Positions 52,301-64,000 of a stretch of DNA of 64,000 bases are shown here, in pieces. The notes beneath the pieces were generated by a model. The model ran no database searches. It saw only the letters and a program-made list of their open reading frames with translations, and had not been told where the DNA came from. The position numbers and the translations under genes are program-made. The stretch's first letter is position 1. Every line of letters begins with the position of its first letter. The stretch comes from Octopus vulgaris. Its lineage: Eukaryota. Where the stretch lies: positions 217,496,001 through 217,560,000 of the forward strand of contig OX597814.1 of assembly GCA_951406725.2 (NCBI GenBank), read 5' to 3'.

Positions 52301-52855
52301 CTGGGGCTATAGTAGAAGACACTTGACCAAGGTGCTATACAGTGGGAATGAACGTAAAGTCACGTGATGGAGAAGCAAACTTCCTCGCCACTTAACCATG
52401 CTTCAACCTCTGTCCATTTCAAAGATGAGATGAGTAAACTGTGATTACAATTATAACTTTCCATTCTCTAAATAGTTATTTGTATATTGTTTTACAAACA
52501 ACCTGAGCACAGGCAAGTGCTACCAGTCGAAAGCTCCACATACTGGAAGCCAGCAAATGTATGGGGTAATCAGGAGAGAAAGCACACCATTTCAGGGCCT
52601 ACCTCTAGACAGCGTCATTGCACACCGGCCCCACTTTACTGATATGCGGCCCCGTTTGCTAGATCAGCTGGTTATCAAATAAAGCTCAATATTCTAGCCA
52701 TCACTCATCTCTTTTTAACCAAATCCAGTGGCTAGCCTTTTCCCCTATAGTTTGGATATTGTTCATGGTGGTATTCACTTTATGATGAGTTCATAAAATC
52801 AAAGGCAGTGGATTAACCAAGTTGAGTGTCAGGTGAAATGCATTGTAGCATTTAA

Positions 52856-53075
52856 CCCTTTAACATTTAGATTAATCTGTCAAATGTAAAGCCTGTTTAA
52901 TCACATTGTTTTAAATTAATTGTACGGTATCTTGTAATTCTGAGATTTTGACGATGTCCCTGTTTATTTTTAGAATGACTTTGCAGGGTAGGTGTGAGAG
53001 GTCAGAGCTGGCTGGTTTGAGAATAAAACAGGAAGACAATTTTGGCCTGGCATGGCCGGTTTAAACACTAAAGGG
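52856..53075. mobile_element. piggyBac-type MITE
   Basis: TTAA on both sides; TIRs cccttta.../...taaaggg. Confidence 0.75.
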
Positions 53076-53589
53076 TTAATCCAGTTCCTTGTATTTTGAG
53101 CTCAAACCCTGATGAAACCAACTTTGTTTTTCATCCACCTGGGGGTTGTTAAGAAAATGCCAGTCAATAGACTGGCAGAGATATTTTGACAGCATTGGTC
53201 CCACTTCTGTACATTCTGAGTTCAAATGAAACTATAGCCTACTTGGCACCTATAAGTAATAGCAGTATGCAAGCCCAACATCATTATCACCAAGGGAACT
53301 AATTTACAACTGGATTTTGAAGGAGCCCTAAAATTGACTGGGAGCAAAATTTGAGCCAACAGTTTACTTACAAGTCTGAAGGATAATTTATATTTTTCCT
53401 TGTTCCGGCAGAACTTTTAGTACTTGCTAGGTTGTTTGTTAAACTGGTTAAATGAAGAGAACATTACTCTAAATATCTGGTAGTATTAATTATTCTTTTA
53501 CATAAGTTCAATTTCTGACACAGATAATATTGCCTTCCATTCTTCCAGAGATCAATAAAATAATCAAGTGTTTTGAGACTGATTTGACT

Positions 53590-54175
53590 ATAATCCTACT
53601 GCAATAGGAACCCCTATCTTGCCCAGGATATCAATCGTCTGGAAGCTGTTCAGCGACGTGCAACCAAAAGAATACCCTCCATCAGGCATTTGCCATATCC
53701 TGAACGCCTTACTTCCCTGGGCATGGACACATTGAAACTCCGACGTCTGGCAGCGGACTTGGCAGACACCCATAAAATTATTAACCATCTTACAAACAAT
53801 AACTCTGAGCACCTTTTCAAACTCCACCCGTCTAACACCCGTGGACATATTTACAAAGTAAGAAAACAGCACAGCTCCCATGACTTCAGGAAACATTTTT
53901 TCATGCTGAGAGTTGCTGAAGCATGGAACAAACTGCCAGCATCAGTTGTTAGTTGTCGGAGCACTGCATCCTTCAAAACTTCCATGCTTCCTGAGATTTG
54001 CCAACACTACACTTGATTTTCTCCCCTCCATACACACACAGGCATGTATCTGACTCATACACTGTTCGCTTTCCAGACATTTCTACATTACTGCATATAC
54101 TTTATATGCACTTTCTGACAAGTTGTGGTGCACCTGAGCACTGTATACAATAATTTCATTATTATTATTATTATA
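53590..54175 (+). mobile_element. 5'-truncated CR1-type LINE 3' end
   Basis: LEAVQRRATK...PYPERL...TRGH...WNKLP, with an (ATT)n tail. Same family as 30034-30452. Confidence 0.9.
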
Positions 54176-56537
54176 TAATATGTGACTATTATTTCTGTAC
54201 AACCAGATTTCTTCCTCCTTACCTTCAGATCAAGCAAAAGAATCACAGCAAGAAGCAACTGGATTAAAACCTAGTTAGTGCAAATACTTAATCCCCTTAA
54301 AACATCCTGTTATTTGCCATTGTCATCATTCTGTCCCTTCCTCACACAGAAAATGTTGAGGCAGATCTTCTACAGATAGATGCCTTTCCTGTCCACAAAC
54401 CCTTGTTTCCACAGAATGGATACCACTTGCAGGACAGTGATACTCGTTTACAACTATCACAAGATATCAAAACAAGAAGGCACAAATACACACACACATA
54501 TATATATAGATGATTGATAGATAGGTTCAGGTGTGGCTGTGTGGTAAGAAGCTTGCTTCCCAACCACATGGTTCCAGGTTCAGTCTCACAAAGAACCTTG
54601 GGTGTCTTCTACTACAGCCTTGTGAATGGATTTGGTAGACAGAAACCGAAGAAGCTGGTTGTATATCATCATCATCATCATCATCATTTAGCGTCTGCTT
54701 TCCATGCTAGCATGGGTTGTACGGTTCAACCGGGGTTTGGGAAACCAGAAGGCTGCACCAGGCCCAGTCTGATCTGGCAGTGTTTCTATAGCTGGATGCC
54801 CTTCCTAACGCCAACCACTCCGTGAGTGTAGTGGGTGCTTTTAACGTGCCAGATGGTTCAACTGGGGTCTGGGAAGCCAGAAGGCTGCACCAGGCCCAGT
54901 CTGATCTGGCAAAGTTTCTACAGCTGGATGCCCTTCCTAACGCCAACCACTCCGTGAGTGTAGTGGGTGCTTTTTATGAGCCACCAGCATATATGTATAT
55001 ATATATATATATGTATGTATATATCTTTGTCTGTGCTTGTCCCCTCATCACTGCTTGATACCTGTTTTTGTTTTTCTTTTACATCCTCATAACTTAGCAG
55101 TTCAGTAGAAAAAGACTGATAGAATAAATACTAGGCTTTAAAAAAGTAAGTGCTAGGGGTGTATGTGACTAAAACCCTTCAAGGTGTTGCTCCAGTCAAA
55201 TGACTGAAACAAGTAAAAGTATACAATGGGCTTCTTTGAGCTCATCAAATCCACTGAGGGCTTTGGTTGGCCAAAGGCTTCACATAGTGGAACTGAACCT
55301 GAAACCAGGCACTTGGAAAGCATCTTACCCCAGCCAAACCTAGACGTACGAATCACTTCAGTAACGTATATACTTTCATACACTTGAGACTCAGACAGGT
55401 TTACAGAATTTTAAATAACAGAGTAGAAATACTAATAAGCTATTGCTAAACTCCAGCTGGGGGTTGTATCACCTATTTTTACAGAGACCCTTGAGAATAA
55501 CATGCACTTTATCAAAGTAACTTATTGGTGGAGGTCATTGAAAATATATTTACATATATATACACACACACACACATACACAGCAACCTTCAAGTCACCC
55601 CAGCCAATGAAGGATGCTATTTCTGACAGGTCACTCAACTTACCAAAAATAACAGCCAAATCACATCCTGCAAGCTTTCAAAAAACAGGAAGCATTACTT
55701 TTGATTTATTTGGCCACATATTCTTTTATTTGCTTTAGCCATGCTGGAGCACTGCCTTGAGTCAAATCAACCCCAGTACTTATTCTATCAGTCTCTTGTT
55801 GAAACGCTACATTACAGGGATGTAAATACACCGTCAGTTGTCAAGCGATGGTGGGTAGACAGACACAAATATATACGACGGGCTTCTTCCAGTTTTCGCC
55901 TACCAAATCCACTCACAAGGCTTTGGTCAGCCCAAGGCTATAGTAAAAGACACTTGCCCAAGGTGCCTCGCAATGGGACTGAACCTGGAACCATGCAGTT
56001 GGGAAGCAAGCTTCTAACCACACAGCCACTCCTGCACCTGCAAAATAAAAAAATCCTAGCAGGAACACCTTTGATCAAAGACTGCCTGAACATAAGCTCC
56101 CCAAGATCTAAACAAGCATGAGCACAGTGGTTACCTGACCAAGAAAAAAGTGATTGGAGAACTTCACTGACAATACCTTGGCTACTTTTTATAGCCAGTG
56201 GAACACTAAGCTTTGAATATGGTTGGTTTATTCACGAATAATAGAGTTAGATTTTAACTAAAACTGGGCTAAATTACTTTTTAATACTAATAAATGTTGT
56301 AGGAGTTAACTTAATGTTGCTAAAATATTTCCTAACACCAACTAAAACCTCAAATAGTGAAGCTTCTTCAGTAGCACCACAAAATTGTGAAAATATTGGA
56401 AAATCTTTAAGATTTTGATTATGATAGAAAGACACTTTTGCTTTGGTAATATTAAAAAAATTTTAATGATAGAACTCTAAATTCAAGTTCCAGAATGCAT
56501 TATATACACTGAGCTTCATAAACCACATATATATATA

Positions 56538-56910
56538 TCTTTATATATAAAAGTCAAGTTGTGTGTCTGTCTCCTACGATTTAGATTCCTAACTACTCCC
56601 ACATTTTGCGGTCCAGTTTAACCAAAACCGGGTATCTTATAGCCGTGATTCATATCGAGCCCTTCTGGGTATTAGCGCGCGTCTACGATTTAAAAAAAAA
56701 TTTACCATCATTTTTTTCCATTTTAATGCATTTTTCGCTATTATATAAGGGAAGTAACTCTCTAAAAATGTCTATGAGGAGTCAACGATTTAAAAAAAAT
56801 TTACCATCATTTTTTCCCCATTTTTAATGCATTTTTTTGCTATAACTCTCAAAAATGCTTATATAGTTATTTCCCTTACAAACCCGAGCAACGCCGGGCG
56901 ATACTGCTAG
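56538..56910 (+). mobile_element. Short non-autonomous Helitron
   Basis: A|TC 5' end, cccgagcaacgccggg hairpin and CTAG|T 3' end; no TSD. Confidence 0.9.
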
Positions 56911-56944
<34 letters not shown>

Positions 56945-57326
56945 TCTCCTTTAACCCCTTACCCGGCAAAGACAAATTAAATTGTCTTCAGCCCATTTGT
57001 CTTTTTCAGAGTGCGACAAGTAAACTTGTCCAAAACAATTTCAAAAACAGCTTCAGACAAGTTTGCCATATGGCAATTCTCAATTCTTTTAATCTTTTCT
57101 ACAAATGGTATCGTCAAAATAAAATTTGAAGTAAAATATCAGAAATAGATAAAAGTTATTTCCATATTCAGCATTAAAAATACTATATAAAAAAAAAAAC
57201 CTTCCCAACTACATGGTTCTGGGTTCAGTCCCACTGCTTGGCACCTTGGGAAAGTGTCTTCTATAGCCTCAGGCCGACCAAAGCCCTGTGAGTGGATTTG
57301 GTAAACGGAAACTTAAAAGCCCATCA

Positions 57327-57360
<34 letters not shown>

Positions 57361-57558
57361 ATAATTTTAGGAAGTATATCTAAACTTACAGGGAAAAATT
57401 CAATTTAGTATTAAATCAAATTTCACAATATATATAAATTAGAGAAAAACCACTATTATGCAAATCAAACAATGATAGACATAAACCAAATCATAAATAA
57501 AAAATAAGATATATTTTAAAACATAACTAGATCACAAAAAGTACTAAAATGAATAAAC

Positions 57559-58518
57559 ATCATCATCGTTTAACGTCCGTTCTCCATGCTAGCATGGGTT
57601 GGACGGTTCAACTGGGATCTGGGAAGTCAGAAGGCTGCACCAGGCTCCGGTCTTATCTGGCAGTTTCTACAGCTGGATGCCCTTTCTAACGCCAACCACT
57701 CCGTGAGTGTAGTGGGTGCTTTTTATGTGCCACCTGCACAGGTGCCAGGCGAGGCTGGCAACGGCCACGGTCGGATTGGTGCATTTTACGTGCCACCGGC
57801 ACAGAAGAGTCAAGGCGGCACTGGCTGCGGCTGGTGCTTTTTACGTGCCACCGGCACGGAAGCTAGTCGAGGCGGCGCTGGCATCGGCCACGATTCAGAT
57901 AGTGCTTTTTACGTACCACCAGTCCAGGGGTCCTGGCATCTGCCGGGTGCCAGTCATAGGATTGGTTCAATTTCGATTTCAATTTCACTTGCCCCAACAT
58001 GTCTTCGCAAGCAGAGGGGGTTGGCATGGGTGCCTGTCGTCGGATGAGGTTCGATATCAACTTGGCTTGCCTCAACAGGTCTTTGTGTGTCCAAGGGAGG
58101 AAAGGCATGCATAAGTGGGCTGGACTCACTTGTCCTGCCTGGTCTTCTCACGTACAGCATATTTCCAAAGGTCTCGGTCGCTGGTCATTTCTTCAGTGAG
58201 GCCTAAAGTTCGAAGGTCGTGCTTTACCACCTCGTCCCAGGTTTTCCTGGGTCTACCTCTTCCACAGGTTCCCTCCACTGCTAGGGATTGGCACTTTTTC
58301 ACACACCTATCTTCATCCATTATCGCCACATGATCATATCAGCACAATCATCTCTCTTGCACACCACAACTGATGCTTCTTAGGTCCAACATTTCTCTCA
58401 AGGTACTAACGCTCTGTCGAGTATGTACACTGACATTACACATCCAGCAGAGCATACTGGCTTTATTCCTCGTGAGCTTACGCATGTCCACAGCAGTCAC
58501 GGCCCATGTTTCACTGCC
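57559..58518 (-). mobile_element. 5'-truncated RTE LINE with a tandem-repeat 3' UTR
   Basis: MDEDRCVKKC...VEGTCGRGRPRKTW motif; the 3' UTR carries gtgccaccggcac units and ends ggacgttaaacgatgatg. Confidence 0.88.
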
Positions 58519-58929
58519 ATATATATAATATATACCTATTACTTATATATTGTTTATCCATTTTTGTACTTTTTGTAATCTAGTTGTTTTAAAATATATT
58601 TTATTTGATTTGGGTTATGTCCATTGTTTGAATTGCATAAATTGGTTTTCTCCAATTTATATATATAATTTGTGTCTGTATTTGTCCTCCTACCATTGCT
58701 TGACAACCAATGGTGTGTTTGCATCTCCCTGACTTAGCAGATCAGCAAAAGAGACCAATAAAATAAGCACTAGGCTTACAAAGAACAAGTCCTAGTGTTG
58801 ATTTGTTCAGCGCAGTGCTCCAGCATGACTGCAACAAGTAAAAGAAATATATACACACTCATCTAAACCTTTGACATTCACAAGACCCCTTACAAATTTT
58901 AAGTCACTTATCTTTTTTTAGGACTTCTA

Positions 58930-61409
<2,480 letters not shown>

Positions 61410-61813
61410 TTACTTTTTATCTAAATTGGCCTTTTCAGATTTTGTGTCTTTTGCTGTACCACCACCACCACTTCCACCACCACCAGCAGCAGCACACTGG
61501 GGATTACTGATTACATCTCTTTTGGCATCTGAAGATTGGACCTGCTTCATTGTTGGCTTCTTTTGTGGATTTAAAAAATTCTGGGCATGTTTCAAAACTT
61601 CACTTCGTTCCCGAGCCTGCTGAGCCTTAAAGTTGCGACCAGAGCGTTGTCCAGAATAAAGTTGAGGTGCTTGCTGTACAGGAGGTGGAGATTGAACTGC
61701 AGTTAACTGTTGCATTTGAACATTAGGCGGTCTCTGGATAGGAGAAGAATAGCTGGCTCTTGGATGAGGATTATTGGGCCGGATCATATTACCAACAACC
61801 ATTTGACGAACAA
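61410..61813 (-). CDS. PRRC2C: Last coding exon of a PRRC2/BAT2-like (PRRC2C-like) gene
   Basis: Minus-strand ttttgtag acceptor ends at 61814. P/Q-rich sequence is followed by QARERSEVLKHAQNFLNPQ, similar to the PRRC2C C-terminal helix KAKQRAEVLQSTQRFF (recalled from memory). TAA stop at 61410-61412. Confidence 0.65.
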
Positions 61814-62401
61814 CTACAAAATATAAATTGAGAAAAAATTTTTAACATATGTATTTTAATAAAATTCTAAAATAGATTTATAAAAGCAGTTTAAGTTTTA
61901 ACTCTTTATTAAGAACCTGTTTTGGACAGGTTCTTAAACTTACTGCAGAATTTGTCTCAAGTCTGTTAGAGTTTAAAATCAGTAGGATTAGCTCAGTCAC
62001 AAGAAAGACTGAATCCAGTTTCTTCTGAAAATTTTGGAATCAATTCATCAAAGATTTGATCACAAATGCTTGACTTGCTGTACTACTGAGATTGAAACAT
62101 CTAATCCAAAGTCCACAGCATTGTTATGCTTATTGCATCTGATATAATTTTTAAGAACAGGTAGAACATAATATACAAATATAGAAAGTTCAACTGTTTT
62201 ATTAAAACCTAGATCAGGGGTCCACAAACTATATTCAAATTTCATATATACATACATACACAAGGATAAGCAAATTAAAAGGGACCATTTGAAAACTTAT
62301 TTGAACAAAAATGTTGGAAACCACTGTGAAAAGGTTGGAACCACTAACCTAGATAATAATGAAAATAAATGGGAACGGAAGCAGTGTACAGCTTTAAAAT
62401 A

Positions 62402-64000
62402 TTGGGTTGGTAACTAAGTTCCCACCATTTTTTAAATTTTGGAGTCTATGAATCTATTTTGTTTTTTTCTAGTTAATTTTTGTTTACTTTCAGATAATTA
62501 AAATGGAATGTGAAGTTAAGAAAAATAAGCATTTTCGACACCTGTTTTGCTTTTAACCCTTTCATTACTACATTTCTGACCAAAATACACCCCATATGTG
62601 TTTCAATTAATTTCTATCATAATCATAAATTTAGTCTGGTTTCATTTAACAACTATAACTTTTTTATTTATTAATGTGATTTTTGGAAGATAATTTAATG
62701 AAAGGTTCTCAACCAATTCTATACCATAATTTTTGTCACAAAGTGACTCTAATTGCAGGTAGATACAGATACAGGTAAATTCAACAATATAAAATTATAA
62801 AATTTTTGTTCAAACATCGCTATAGAAAATGGGTTATTAGCTAATATTCAATTGGGTATACAACAAAATTTTACTATAGAATTTGTTATTCTGAGTAGCT
62901 TTCTGATACCCATAATAATATTTATGGCAAAATAGTCTTAATTTCATTTAAGGTTGTGGCAAACAACAAACTATCATTTCTTTCGCTTTGTTTACATTTA
63001 GCGTAACGGTTCGTTTCTGCCGTAATGATTTCAAATCAGCTCATTCAAAAAAGTAAACAGAAATAGTCTAAGGCTTTACTCTCCCGGGAAAAACTGTGGC
63101 TTGGTCCAGTTTCTTCAGAAAAATCACTGAAAGAAACAGTTTTTAAATTTTCACTCCATTCAGGTGCCAATTCATTTTCTTTATTGCTGTCGGAGCTCTC
63201 GGATTCACTATTTCATTTTCGGAAAATGAAACATCGGATTCATTATCAAATACCACGTGCTTTTTTTTTTTTCAGTCATAGAGTTAGATTTATCAAGGTC
63301 TTCAGTAGAAAATCCTTCGAATTCTGACTCGCTGCTTGATATAATGAAATTCCTATCCATTTTTTGTCAGAGTTACAAATTTTGAAAACACAATAGGAAC
63401 AAATTTCGGAAAAAAATCTCCCAAAATTCAGGGAATTAAAATTACACTTCGATCGTTGTACAAAACTGTAGATGAACTGTTTACGAAGTATAATCACGTG
63501 TTTTCATGAATGTACTAAAGAGATTTGCTCTGATATTCTCATTTAAATATGAATAGGTAATTACGGGCGGCTTGGTCACATGAACCAAAATTTTTTTCGG
63601 GCAGCTTAGTAACAAAAGTGTTAATCAAGGTTCTAAGGCTGCAAAAGCTGCTCACGACATTTGTGCTGTGTATGGAGTGCCATAGCTGAAAGAACTACTC
63701 ATGATTGGTATGCCACATTCAAAAATGAAAATTTTGACCTCAAAGACACACCTTGTTCTGGCCGTCCAGTTGAGTTCGATGAAGAGCGATTAAATCAACT
63801 TTTGCACGAAAATTCTCTAACGACAAGGGAACTGGCAGAGAAAAATGGAATGCTCCCACACTACTATAGAGAAGCATCTTCACTTGATGGGAAAGGTTCA
63901 GAAGTATGGAGCATGGGTTCTTTAAGTGACAACAAAAATCAACAAGCCACAATCTCTGCTGATTTGCTTGCTCGTCACCACTCAACTCATAGACACAAGC
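62402..64000 (+). mobile_element. Degenerate mariner in an intron of the PRRC2-like gene, split by a piggyBac insertion and running off the window
   Basis: TA-ttgggttggtaactaag TIR. MECEVKKNKHFRH... resumes after 63624 as QGSKAAKAAHDICAVYG...SGRPVEFDE. Confidence 0.8.
62557..63620 (-). mobile_element. Non-autonomous piggyBac element
   Basis: TTAA TSD at 62553-62556 and 63621-63624; imperfect TIRs ccctttcattact / agtaacaaaagtg. The minus strand holds an acidic transposase N-terminal remnant (SENENSESES...FSEETGP...ALDYFCLLF). Confidence 0.82.

Overview
This is AT-rich eukaryotic genomic DNA packed with microsatellites and transposons. Its tRNA-derived SINE, RTE, Dong/R4, CR1, mariner and Helitron repertoire looks like an octopus (coleoid cephalopod); that assignment is inferred. 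Most ORFs in the supplied track are repeat artefacts. Reading splice sites by hand reveals a + strand gene with 10 coding exons across 1537-43426, about 620 aa, whose first exon was not found and is probably upstream. It encodes a type I transmembrane mucin: signal-peptide end, Ser/Thr domain, SEA domain with an FREG^STLV cleavage-type motif, Cys-rich/EGF region, TM helix, and a Tyr-rich tail resembling vertebrate MUC3/MUC12/MUC17. All splice phases are consistent except for one extra base near 1794. The last coding exon of a convergent PRRC2/BAT2-like gene lies at 61410-61813 (-). The mucin introns carry several ribozyme-type retroelements, and every well-formed ribozyme motif is antisense to the gene: a complete minimal type I hammerhead in a 547-bp retrozyme-like unit, and two short RTE-like elements with HDV-like ribozyme heads. 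They also contain long near-perfect hairpins, Helitrons and nested LINE insertions.
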